Positions 29,250-41,063 are shown, counted from the stretch's first letter. The stretch: 64,000 nucleotides of DNA from Azolla caroliniana (GCA_043228905.1 JBHGNT010000012.1:1674001-1738000); one strand, 5' to 3'. A program made the numbers and translations. Notes: a model not told the origin generated them from the sequence alone.

Positions 29250-31175
29250 GATCATACCAGGCATGAGAGAATTCTCAACAGTTGATGCTACAGAAGTAGC
29301 AGCTACCATCTTTATTTTCATAACACATGGCAGGGGTTGCATAAAGGCATTTAGTGGAGCTAGAGGAATTTGTTGTTGGAGCATCATTCTCTCACCACCA
29401 TGATGGGAGTATTGCAAAACCAGTATATGCAACTTCCCTTGGGAATCCAATATCAAATATTCTTTCCCTGAAAGACTACATATACTGACCACTTGTTCTG
29501 ACATTTTCATTGGAATGATTTGGTTGTGGAAAGGAACAAAAAGTCCTTCCTGTACTCCCTTCGTAAATTCATCTTTCTGAAAGGTACAAGTTGTTTCCAC
29601 ATTAGATAATATAGAGGAAGTTGAGCTATGGCAAGAAGACGACTGAGCAACAGCTCTGTGAGTAGTGCAGCAGAAAACTGGAACCGATGATGATGCATTC
29701 AAAGAAGAAGAAAATACTGAAGATTGTGAAGTTCTTGGCTGGCTATTTGGTTCCTCCTGATCAAATTCACCTTGTTCACCCCCTATAAACAGATTACCAA
29801 GACAAGTCACAAAACATTGATCGTAAGGAATATGTATAGATCAAAATTCACTGAATCATTTACCTTTTTGGCTATAACTTAACTTACTAGATGCATATGC
29901 AAGCATGACCCCATTCTGTCCTGTTTGAATAGCTTCTAAATTTAGTCGGGCATTAATTGGTACTGAACCGGTTTCATTGCAATTGCATCTTTGACCTTTT
30001 ATCTTCCTTTCAGTATAGTTTGATTTATCAAGAAAAGATGTAATTGTCTTCAAGTTTAAAACCATGAACCCATTCTCAAGCACATCCACATCATGCAACC
30101 CATTCTTAGGTTTAATCGAGGTCAATTCTTGTCTTTTTAAAGTTTTCTGGAAACCGATATCTTCCACTATAGTAGAATCACGCTCAAGAAACTCACTCGA
30201 TACTTCAAACTTCTTATTTCCAAACTCGGGGATCTCTAAGATTTTACTTCCTTCATTATGTGTTGTTTCAAATTTATTATAATGTTCCTTATTTTGCCCA
30301 TTGACACACACTTTTGAAGTCTTCTTCTTCTTCGATGTTATGTGTCCTTTGATCAAAGGCCTGAGAGGCCAAACTCTCACTCCACCAAGTTGTCCAACAA
30401 GCAAATATTGCAAAGATACGTGTAGGTCATAGATAGGGCCATTGCAGTCCACTATTGCATACTTAACAAGATGCAAACACTAGTTCTCTTGTTTTCTATT
30501 CATTGTCTCTTGTGTAGTTCTATGAAGATTCTTCACAGAATTTGCAATTGAAAAATACCCTATTTTAGCATTCCCAATGTTGTCTTCATCGTGATCTAGA
30601 TGCTTTCACCCATATTCGGCTGTAAGATTGACCAATTTCCCGTCGCTACCATGGTCCTTACCTTGAGCGAGAAGATTCTCAGAAACTTCTGCAACAAGAT
30701 CCCCATGCTTGGGATTCCTATAATGGTTTCAACCTTGACTGCACGCATCATTCCCACCAAAGTCATGATCTTGATCGCCAAATTGCACATTCTGACCAAG
30801 GTCATGATTATGACCTCCAGACTTGGCTCTCTGCTCAAGGTCAATATCTGGAGCAACAGATTTGGAGTTTCTACTGAGATCGTGTTCCCGACCACCACCA
30901 AGTTTCACCAAAAGGATCCAAACTCTGGCAAGGGTGGGAGAGTATAAAACCATCACATTGACTGAGGCCGAAATACCTATAAAGCTTCCATGTGGTATAT
31001 CAAGGAAACAAGCCACCGAAAAGAGATTAGATTTTGAACAAGAATTTGGATGTCCAAATATGATCGTAGATCCATTGGTGGTTTTTGAAGATGGCATGTG
31101 TTTTGTACAAATGGTTAGTCGGTCCAAGACCTTCATAGACTTTGATGCGAATTGGGGTGAAACAATACCCTATGA
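29250..31175 (-). pseudogene. Captured host-gene fragment (uncharacterised plant protein, probably beta-propeller-like) with its intron, inside the MULE
   Basis: Motifs DIPHGSFIGISASVNVMVLYS..VWILLVK, LVKYAIVDC..GVRVWPLRPLIK, YLILDSQGKLHIL..MKIKMVA. GT-AG intron at ~29785-29863. Internal stops and frameshifts. Confidence 0.7.
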
Positions 31176-31259
31176 AGGGAGGTATGGCCTGAATCATTTC
31201 TCAAGTATATATTGTGTATAAATAGTGATGTTTGTGTGCTAACTTGAATGATGGTTTAG

Positions 31260-32240
31260 GGTTTTTGTAAGAAAGGGTGCTAGGTGCCCCAAATCCAACG
31301 ATATGGATGTTGAAAACATCATTACTGAAGACTCGAACATGGATACGAATATGGTGTTGAAGATATCAGTGTAAATGGTGAGTTGATGTACATTCTTATA
31401 ATCATTATTGAAGTAAGTATATATTGGGTTTTTCTAATGCAAATGTCACACCATTGTTGTAGTGGACCCCATGTCCCTCTTCAAGGCGGGAAGAGACTCG
31501 ACAGGTATCAAATGTCGCACATGTATCGTTGGAGATTCATGTAGAAAAGAGGTACGATGGTTTCACAAAAAAGCTGACATGGAGGCTCACTTACAGAACG
31601 CACATGGCATCCGTGTAGTATTGCCTCGGGGGATAAAGATAGAAGAAGAAGAGCAATCGACCTCCATGAGGAGTACAACCACGCCATTCTTCAGCCACTA
31701 CGAAAGACAACGATCAATAAAGCGTTTTTGGGATCCAGAGCTAAAGTACAACAGATCACACCAATCACACATGAGGAAGTTGAGGACAAGAGCGATTAAG
31801 ATCTTCAAAGCCACTCCGGACACACTTCGAACATCCAAGGAGGCTGATTTCATTGCCCAATTCTTCAGCCAAGAGATGGCCAGGTATGACAAGGGAAAGG
31901 AGCATAGGATGGCAAAATTGAAGTTGAAGATTGCGGCTGTGTCTAAAGCTTATGTAAGTATGGTTTATGATTCTGTGTGCATCTTATGTGAGTCTAAATC
32001 TAGTGTATGAATGATTATGTGTGAATCTTATGTATGGATTTTAGTGTAAGAATCATGGAATTCCCATGCCAGAAGATGAGACACATGTCAAGATCGATGG
32101 TGGTCAAGACCAACTGTCAGAATCGATAACCCAACAACCAAGGAGGCCTAAAATCCAAATCTGCAAGAAAAAAGTGGACCCTGGTAAATTGTCATTCATT
32201 ACATCATCTGACACAGATGAGGGTGCGGACATTCTGGTTG
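31260..32240 (+). CDS. MULE accessory gene of unknown function with C2H2-like zinc finger (spliced, probably 3'-truncated)
   Basis: ORF 31462-31954 reads CRTC..C..WFHKKADMEAHLQNAHGI and is bounded by TAG| and |GTAAGT; homolog at 36583-37900 (-). Confidence 0.6.
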
Positions 32241-32430
32241 TGAGTCTTATTATTTGAATCTCATTTTGGTTGTATATGACTCAATTTGATGTACATTCTA
32301 GTTGTGAGTCTTATTATTTGAATCTCATTCTGGTTGTATATGACTCAATTTGATGTACATTTTGGTTGTGAGTATTATTATTTGAATCTCATTCTAGTTG
32401 TATATGACTCAATTTGAATCTCATTCTAAA
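32232..32430. repeat. ~63 bp tandem repeat (x3)
   Basis: CATTCTGGTTGTGAGTCTTATTATTTGAATCTCATT..GTATATGACTCAATTTGATGTA repeated. Confidence 0.9.
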
Positions 32431-32589
32431 TAGTGTGTGACTCAATGCAAAAGCAATGTTCAATAATGCAATACTAGTCAATAATGGAGATTGCTGACAA
32501 AGGAATGTACAACAATGCAATACTAGACAATGCAATAATAGTCAATAATGGAGAAGGTAGACAAAGCAATGTACAAATTTTTTTGGTGT

Positions 32590-32712
32590 AGGGAGCCCGA
32601 CTAATTAATGAGGAGCCCAACTTGTTATAAAAGAGGGAGCCCAACTAATTAATGAGGAGCTCGACTCATTTAAAAAAGGGAGCTCAACTGATTAATGAGG
32701 AGCCCAACTCAC
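32590..32712 (+). repeat. Internal array of the MULE subterminal motif GGAGCCC(G/A)ACT (6 copies, ~19-25 bp spacing)
   Basis: Same motif as 28771-28823 (+) and 36147-36340 (-). Confidence 0.85.
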
Positions 32713-33151
32713 TAATAGTCAATTGCCCAACTACGTGTAATGATGGCGTTTCAACGATCATACTAACGATTATAGCAAATTGATTCATCAAATTCAGTAG
32801 CATGCACTAAGAGGTAGACTCATTCACTAAGGATTGAACTCATTCCCTTCCTTAATAGTCTATTAATCACTCGCACTCATTTCATTCACCTTCATTCTCG
32901 ATCGTTCACTAGTAGCCCTAAACATTCTCGAACTAAATCTTGAAGAAGAGCTGAAATAATCCACTCCATTCATGTGAATTATTTGAATTCATTCACTTCA
33001 TTCATTCGCATAATCTCTCACATTCACTTAATTTACCTCAATCACTGGCATTCTCGATCATATTGCATTTTCTAAGGAGAGCACAAGTCATCATGGTGTC
33101 TTCGCCATGTCGGAAGATGAATTGGAGGATACGTCATGGTGATCCAATGCA

Positions 33152-35964
33152 TTGTTTGTATCTGAGGATGAAATGGAGATTCCTTTTGAGTCATCAGATT
33201 TCGATCGTGAGGATGAGGTGGTCGATCCCTTCATGTATTGTTCCCCCAAGTATTTTGCATTTTCAAGAGGTATGTATAATTTGATGGTTAAAGATTTATT
33301 GGGACAAGTTAAGGTAACATTGGAAGCATTACGTGATGTCGCAAGGGGAGCACCTCTTTCACTTCATGCATGGAGGTGCATGAAGAGTCGTCTCATACGA
33401 GTCGGGAATGAGAGTGCAATTTACCTTAAAGCATCAGGTAATCTTCAAGTATTATACGTTAAGAAATGGAGGGAAGTAGTATTAGTGTCACATGGTGACA
33501 CATCCCATCACACGTTTTCAAATACTCTTAAAGAGTTAAAGCTAGTTTATGCGACTGATATACGTGATTATGGCATCCCACCGAAGTACGTAAAAGCACT
33601 CATTACAAGTTATGGTTGCCAAATGGTATCCAAGGTCGACCCGATAGAAGGTTTGGAATCAAGCATGGCCAAATATAACAAGACCCTACCCATAGAAGTG
33701 ATCAAGGGAGAAACCCACCAATTAGATTATGTGCTCACAGATTTGCAAACCAAGTACCACACACGTATAAGGAAAGTAGTCAAGAAGGGTATGTGTGTGA
33801 CTGGGTATAGTTGCCATTGTGCTGGAACATCTCGACTTGCATCTAATTCCACTCGACAACGCAGGTGCACACCCCGATGTGGGTGCACATTCCATGTGGA
33901 CGTTAGAATGAATAACGGTGTTGACAATGAGACACTTACCATTTCAATATATGGACCTCATAGTGGTCATGTACCATGTAGTAGGTCGGATGTGTACCAT
34001 TTGCCAGTACACCCCAATGTCATAAGTTGTTGCAAAGATGACCTATTTGATGTTGGGTGTGCAAGGCATGTGGTAGGAATGAGCATGCGTAAGGAAGCAT
34101 ATCATAAGTCCAAGGCTAGTCCATTAGAGCTTGTTAGGTATCGGTTCTTTATGATACCAAAGGAGGTCCATAACATGGCAAATAGGTTAAAATTCGGGAG
34201 TGCCATGACTAAGGTTGATTGGGCTTTGATGATGCAAGATGCCTATGCACTTCGAGATCTTGGGAAAGTGGCTCATGTTCAACCCTACCTGCCTGGTGAA
34301 CCAGGATCTCCCGCCAAAAAAACCATTTATCTTGATACTTCAAGATAAGTGGATGTTGGAAATGTGTGAGCGGTTGACCCTAAACAACTCTTGGGCTACC
34401 ATTATATGTAGTAGTGGCCCCCAACGCCATGGGAATTGGGATCCCATTATGGTACATGCTTTGTAGTTCTGATATGGGGTCAAACCATGAGCAAGTCGCA
34501 TTAGAAACTTGTTTGAGAGTCAGATTCGCAAGGATGCCCACGGTGAGGCCAAATGCAATAGTGATTGATAAATGTTGGACATCATATAATGCCATAACTA
34601 ATGTGGTTGCAACAGACCGTCAATCTTGGATTGTTGTAAATGGGCAACGGTCGCAAACACATTGTCGACTTCTGTTGTGTCAATTTCACGCCAAAAAGTC
34701 ATGGGTGGACAACTTGTTGCCAAAAGTAAGTGCAACTCAGAGAAGGCATCTTTATCAACGAATGTGCCAATTGATGCAATGCATTACTGAATTCGCATTC
34801 AATGCGATGTGTGAGGAGTTAAAGGTAGAATATGCAGACAAGCCCGGTGTTTGGCAATATATAGAAGGAGGATGGTGTGGTCTGACATGTGTGTGGAGAA
34901 AACTCTGGCCCAAGTTTGGTAGAATGTTCAACTATGGACACGTTGACAAGTCTACCAATATTGTGGAAAGACATTGGCAGTTTATCAAGTATACTGCCTT
35001 GAGAGGAAGAATAAACCGATCAATTACCGACCTTCTACATGTCTTAATCAGGGACAGTGAAACTGGCACTTGCATAGGAGGAACGGTAATAGAGTGGTAC
35101 AAGCAACCACAAGAAATATGTGAGAGTGGTCAGTTTGCACCCCATGTGAATTGTAGGGATCAAAGGTCCCGACTTAAAGAAGTGGAGAGAATATTGGAAA
35201 GGTATGTCGACGATACTTCCACAAGGGAAATTGTCGACGAGGCCCAATATTGGTTTAGAATCTTGAGCATGACGACTCCCACTCTATGGTATAATGTCTC
35301 ACTCCAATGTTCATATTGTGATTGCCAAGACATTGCGAGTAAATGTAAGCATTTACTCAGTATCCGAATGATTATTGAGAGGCATATGCCACATTTATGT
35401 GGCTCATTGCCTTTTATAGATCATGTGACCCAAATGCGAATGGACCATAATACAAAAATAGAAGTGGAGGCAGAGGTAGAATGAGTCGAGGAGACAAACC
35501 CCACAACATCCGAGATTGAATCATTCAAGTCCAAAATACAAACGGTCGTGAAAGCACTTCAATGTCTCGAGCAAGGGTTAGGAACCTTCGACCGTGCAAC
35601 TATTGTCGAAGGTATACAAACATTGGAAGATGTGGCTGAGAAGGTGTATCGTGTTGGTGCACCAAAATCAACCAATGAAGAAGATGGCAGATCAATAAGT
35701 CGCAACCAACAAATCGGTGCCAAAAGAAGTGCAACAATAGACATCTCGCAAGAACTTATTGGTAGCTCCCCAAACACTTCCAAATCCCACTCCGGAAAAC
35801 TACAAAGAGATGCAAGTCAAGCTAGGAGGCGATTGCCAATAGGTGACCATGAGAAGGTTCGGTGTTTCCATTGCGATGGCTTGACCTTGACTTCAAGGGA
35901 CTCAAATGTTACATGTTGTAAAAATTGTGGTTGCATCTTGCAATCATCCCGACATGAGCCATAA
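33152..35964 (+). pseudogene. MULE transposase, disrupted: H2C2-like N-terminus, WRKY/GCM1(FAR1)-type DNA-binding domain, DDE core, SWIM finger, C-terminal zinc ribbon
   Basis: YSCHCAG..RCGCTF..HSGH; IVIDK; LCQFHAKKSW (CxxH); TNIVERHWQFIK; CDCQDIASKCKH; CFHC..CKNC. Frameshift in the A-run at ~34320, apparent deletion near the first catalytic Asp (~34400), stop at 35482. Confidence 0.9.
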
Positions 35965-36461
35965 TCTTAATATGTAACGTGTATATTCATATTTCATTTT
36001 AGGGTTGTCAACATTTGACGTTTTAAAATTTTATGTAAGAGTTGTTATTTGAATCTTTAAGCTTTTTTGAGAAATTTTATGATAATTTTCATGGCAAAAA
36101 TTTGTTGTACACTTACCATTTTTTGGAGTTTTTGATGTTTGTTTTTAAGTCGGGCTCCTTCCTTGAGTCGGTCAGGCTCCTGATGACAAAGGTTGTCAAA
36201 CAGCGGGGCTCCTTCTGACAGAGTTGGGCTCCTGTGTACAGAGGTTGTCTGACATCGGGGCTCCTTTTGACAGAGTCGGGCTCCTTTTCATAGAGGTTGT
36301 CAGAGAGTCGGGCTCTTTTACACAGAGTCGGGCTCCTTTTCTCAGAGGCTGTCAGCTTTTTATCCATCTTGGACGGTGGAGATCGAACGCTCCATCAGCG
36401 GCCCCTCTCCACGATTCCCTCACTTGCCCTCTTAAATATTTGGTAGTAGTTAGTCACAAGC

Positions 36462-36464
36462 ATG

Positions 36465-36496
<32 letters not shown>

Positions 36497-36582
36497 TGTA
36501 TGTATGTATGTATGTATGTATGTATGTATGTATGTATGTATGTATGTATGTATGTATGTATGTATGTATGTATGTATGTATG
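36462..36582. repeat. (TATG)n microsatellite, ~30 units
   Basis: Direct inspection. Confidence 0.98.
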
Positions 36583-37900
36583 TTACCTTGTCTACATGTA
36601 AACCGATTGGAGCATGTTGCATCTTTACCCCAAAGAACCCAATGCCCTTCATGCACTGCAAAATCGCATTCAGGTGCTTGTCCAAGGATGTCGTTGGCCT
36701 TATTAGTTTGCTTGTATATCTAGACCCAAAGTGGATCGACCATCCAATATTGGCTGGATATGTGTTGTGGTTGGGTGTATTCCATCCACATGTGGAAGAC
36801 ATTCATGGACCAGTTCAATGCCATCTCTCCATGGGTGTACATTGATTACAATTCGCCTTCCCCCATGTAAACAGACAAATTCAACCTTCTGCAAAGAAGT
36901 TGGAATCTGTTTTGTGTCATAATATTACAACATGAAAATACCCTTCGAATGTTGATCGTTAGGACACTAAAGCAGAATACCTGGTGAATGTCTTTCCATT
37001 TGTCATGGATAAGGATGTGATGACTTCCCCATACCTGATCTCAACGTAGCCAACATCTTCATAATCCTCCTTTGACTCAAATGGAATCCGTACACATAAG
37101 GTCGGGTCCAACTTTGGCTGTCTCACCGGGATTTTGGCTCTACTCGGTGGGTATGCTTCTAAGTTAGAATGTGTCTTATGCCCATTGGCAGTTGAGACAT
37201 TCCCATCTTCTTTGTTCATTTGCACCTTTTGAGCCCTACACTGCAAGGTGTCAATTTGGCAATGTATTATTAGTTCGATGAGTGTTATTAAAAATACATT
37301 AACCCAAAATACAATACTTACATAAGAATCGTAACCTTTTGCAATCTTGGCCTTAATCTTCTCCATCATCCACTTATCTTCTGTGGAATCGTATTTCTCA
37401 ATCTCGTGGTGTGTAGGGCTTTATTGTTCTTAAGTGGGACAAACGAGCTCTATTACATTTTAGATTAGCATTGAAAAAGCGTTTGATTGCTCTCTCTCAT
37501 TGGTGGTTGTTGAAGTATCTAGGACTACCTTCCAACACTTCCTCCTCTTCCACCATCATCAACCCTCTTGGAAGCACGGTCCTAATGCCATGTTCCTTCA
37601 ATAAATGTGCCTCTAGATCCACTTTCTTATGAAACCATCGCAGGTTTTCCTTGCACGACTCTACAACTATGCATACTCAACATTTGATCTCCATTGGATC
37701 TTGAACACACTTGAACATTGAGAGGGTGTCAACTCCACCTAATTTCACAGTGGCGACAATGTATAATATGCATTACAACAAAACATTTTGTATGTCTACA
37801 CTTTCTAAAGCCTTAGCCCCCTCCAGGTTGTCTTGGGCCTCCATCCATCTTGAATTGTGGGGTTTTCTCCTCCCTAATACATAAACCTTACCGCCATTGC
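36583..37900 (-). pseudogene. Diverged, degenerate paralog of the MULE accessory zinc-finger gene
   Basis: Minus translation LSMFKCVQDPMEIKC*VCIVVESCKENLRWFHKKVDLEAHLLKEHGIRTVLPRG aligns with ORF 31462; same intron position after ..SY|GTAAGT / ..AY|GTAAGT. Confidence 0.8.
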
Positions 37901-38522
37901 TGAAAATATAACACATTCATTAAAACCTTCGATGACTATAACATATTTTATAAATGAATCTAAATAGTACCTCGATCGAGCAGCCATCAATCAGACAATG
38001 TTATATATCTATACACCTTTGCATCAATCAAACAACGTTATACTTTTTTTTTTCTACCTTTGCATCAAAAGAGGACCTTCACAAGAAAGATGGATTAAAC
38101 ATGTAAGATCAGCAAGTTATGGAGATTTGAAGATTTGAAGATTTGAAGAAATAGAAGAAGAAAAAGGAGACGGGGAAGAAGAAGAACACAATATATCCTT
38201 TGATCTTTCATGCATCTAGAATGTATGAGATTATGTTTATTTCTTTCTTTTTTTCTCTATTTTACCTAATTTATATTTTTTCTTAATCAAGAATGTATAA
38301 GATTATGTATCTCTGAGAGCATGCAGAGGTCCAAAGCTATTTGATTTGGAAAACCAAAACTTTTTCTTTTGGCTCATACTCTTTCTTCATCCTCAAGTAT
38401 TTGAGCTTCTACTTTGCAATGTTTGTTCCATATCCATCTTTTATTGCAGAATATTCTTATGTTTCCTTTATTAATGAGTTCTCATTAGAAAACTTTTCAC
38501 TACCGATAATCTAGTGCACAAA

Positions 38523-39276
38523 TAGGAGTCGGCAACAGTTCGGTTTAGGCTTAACTAGTTTGGCCTTATCCAAGCCAAACCGGTTAAGCCTAAACCGTTT
38601 TGGGGTTCTCAAACCTGAACCAAACCAAACCAAACCGATCCCTAAACCGGTTTGTGAAGTGTTTTGGGAGCCGGTTTGGGACAAAAAAACTAAAAATACC
38701 CAAAAAACACCTGACTACCACTACCACTTCCTCCTACTCTTCTTCTCCTCCTCATAACTTCCACCCCCTTAGCCTTACCACTTATGAGTCAAACTCAACT
38801 CCAAATCCCACCACAACCCCCCTCTTTATAGACTACTATGATTGGTAGGTTGACATCCATGAATCCCCTGCCCTCCCACCACCAGAAGCACGAGGCCCGA
38901 GGATATGGCAACCTATCACTCTCGGTGATCCAATCCTTCTCCAAAGAATGTATATAACACCGAACAACAAGGAGGTTCCCTGGTCGTCTATTATGCAAGC
39001 TCTCTCTCCCTCCCTCTCTCGTCACTCAACAATATTATGTTGCATATGGCTTCCTGTCAGTCTCTCTGTCAACTTTCAAGTTCTAAGTTCTAACTTCCAA
39101 CTGTCTAATTTCTAACTTTCTAACTTTCAAAAGCCTAATTCTTAAATCACATAAATGACTTAAACGGTTTGAGCCAATTTGGCAAGGCTCAAGCCGAGGC
39201 AAGTCAAGCCGTTAAGCCGTTTAAACCCGGTTTAGCTAAACGGTTTAGGCTTGAGCCGAGCCGTTGCCAATCCCTA
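38523..39276. mobile_element. hAT-type MITE / non-autonomous element, 754 bp
   Basis: TIRs TAGGAGTCGGCAAC / GTTGCCAATCCCTA, perfect 8-bp TSD TGCACAAA, AAACCG/CGGTTT subterminal repeats. Confidence 0.92.
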
Positions 39277-39829
39277 TGCACAAAGCCACTATACTTGGAA
39301 ATGAGGCTCATATATGTCCTTCATCAATGAGATCTCATTAGAAAACTTTTCACATCGACGCTGAAAAGGAGCTTTTCAATTAACAATGACCATATTGATG
39401 ATACCGATGGAAGAACCTTCAAACATACAAAGCTCATTCTGAAAGCAATTGAAGCCTCGTGACATGAAATGTCTTATATTTAAAACAATCAATGCAAGAA
39501 GCCACAAACTACAAAGCTCATAATGAAGCAAAAGATATAGAATCATCCAACTTAGAAATCTCATATCAAAGAATAGGTTATGAGAAGCCATACACAACAT
39601 ATTGATAAAGATGAAGTTGTAAATCACATGATGAGACTCGACATATATTTCTTAAATCTCAAAACAAGATAAATATAGAAAGTGTGGTGGAAGAAAATAG
39701 TTACCAGGTGTAGGTAGAGGTTTTGGTTCAAATGTTGGTGCAGGTGCGGGTGTAGATGCAGGTGTAGCAGGTTTCAAATTTTCAAAAATAGGGGAAAAAG
39801 GATTTATGCAGGGTTTTAATAATGCCGAA

Positions 39830-40167
39830 GTTGTGCCCGGGTTAGGTCAGAAGGTTTGCGTTAAGTGCTCAACCCAGGTTAGGTTCGAAGGACCGGGTTA
39901 GGTTTTACAGGATTACAAGGTTCGGGTTAGGTACCTACAGTCTGGGTTAGGTACATAGAGGGGTTAGGCTTAGATAATTATATTGCTTGGGTTAGGTGAT
40001 GAGAGACCGGGTTAGATAATCAAATGGCATCATCACTGCCCGGGTTAGGTAATAAAATGGCATCATCACTACCCGGGTTAGATGTGACAAAGGCTTGTCA
40101 AAGCCGGGTTAGGTTTTAACCACACACTTTTTATAGATAGAGATTGAACGGTGCCGATCACAGGCTG
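39830..40167. mobile_element. Probable DNA-transposon end (hAT-like) with (CC)GGGTTAG(G) subterminal repeats
   Basis: About 12 spaced GGGTTAG motifs ending in GCCGATCACAGGCTG; partner end and TSD not found. Confidence 0.5.
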
Positions 40168-40301
40168 TCAGGGTAGTTGTGGTTCGTGCGGCGAAGTCAC
40201 GGGGACTAAGGTTAAGGGAAGTTGAAGGAACTTAACTTTTAATAAGGTTTGTATGGTGATGATAGAATGGTTAAGGATAGTAAGAAGAAGAGTTACGAGG
40301 A

Positions 40302-40357
<56 letters not shown>

Positions 40358-41063
40358 AGCATAGATAAAAGATAGAGACAATGTATGATTCAAGAAAGAA
40401 GATTGAGACAAAGTATGATTCTAGAAAGAAGATTGAGACAAAGTATGAAAGTATGATTCTAGAAAGAAGATTGAGACAAAGTATGATTCAAAGAACAAGA
40501 GTATATGATATAAACATGATGTATATTAAAAATATAATATTTTACCAACTTTACAATCCTTGATCGCAAGATGAATCATTTCAATACCGACCCTTGATTT
40601 GAACCCACGACTTCCACTTTGAAATGCGAGGCTCTTCACCGAATAAGATATCTTCAATACTTGTTTAGATTCTATTCTCCCCCCTTTCTCTTCTTTGATT
40701 GATTACCTTGTTTTCCCTTTCTTCATCCCTTAATTCCTTGCCTCTCTTTATAGGTTCTCTCATGCATATGATGATATGGGGGTGCATGGCATGCATGTAA
40801 TGCATGTGATGCATGTGATGCATGATCGCCATTTGGCGCACATGCTTTACATGTGATGCATGATAGCCATCATGCTCATCTAAGCTCTAATGTATAAAGA
40901 AACATGTTATAAGTATGATAAAAATATACCTATAGAAAATAACTTTTCCTAATAGTATATGCTTCGTCCTTGGTGTGTGAGGTTATGGGTTCAAGTCTCT
41001 CAAATGTTACTTAATACAATATTCAAGTTTATTTTTATATTGTGAAGCAAATCCTTCACGACA
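40166..41063 (-). mobile_element. Possible solo LTR
   Basis: TGTC..GACA ends and an internal (CT)n(CA)n tract like the copia LTRs; no TSD found. Confidence 0.3.

Larger units (their letters stand above)
28612..36461 (+). mobile_element. Mutator-like DNA transposon (MULE), ~7.85 kb, with captured host DNA
   Basis: Imperfect TIRs of ~110 bp (CTAACTAC.ACCAAATATTTA.GAGGGCAAGTGAGGGAA..CACCGTCCAA). TSD ATGTATAT(G) at 28604 and 36462. GGAGCCCGAC subterminal repeats at both ends in inverted orientation. MULE transposase pseudogene inside. Confidence 0.9.

Noticed and set aside
28643-36431. Alternative MULE boundaries at GAGGGC../..GCCCTC
   Set aside because: The flanks there continue as inverted rather than direct repeats for ~30 bp more; a TSD appears only at 28604/36462.
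36620-36680. Ulp1 protease-like GHWVL motif in the accessory paralog
   Set aside because: The frame is uncertain, and no Asp or Gln/Cys catalytic motifs are visible.
36395-36845. ORFs with MYVC/HTYI repeats (also 10868-11342, 28195-28644, 49020-49683)
   Set aside because: Translation artefacts of (TATG)n/(CA)n microsatellites.
39838-40112. Interstitial telomere (GGGTTAG)
   Set aside because: Motifs are spaced by 10-25 bp of other sequence and are not tandem TTTAGGG; they fit subterminal TE repeats better.
40585-41002. tRNA-like B-box motifs (GGTTCAAATC on minus at ~40600; GGTTCAAGTC at ~40990)
   Set aside because: No cloverleaf or convincing A box; at most decayed SINE heads.
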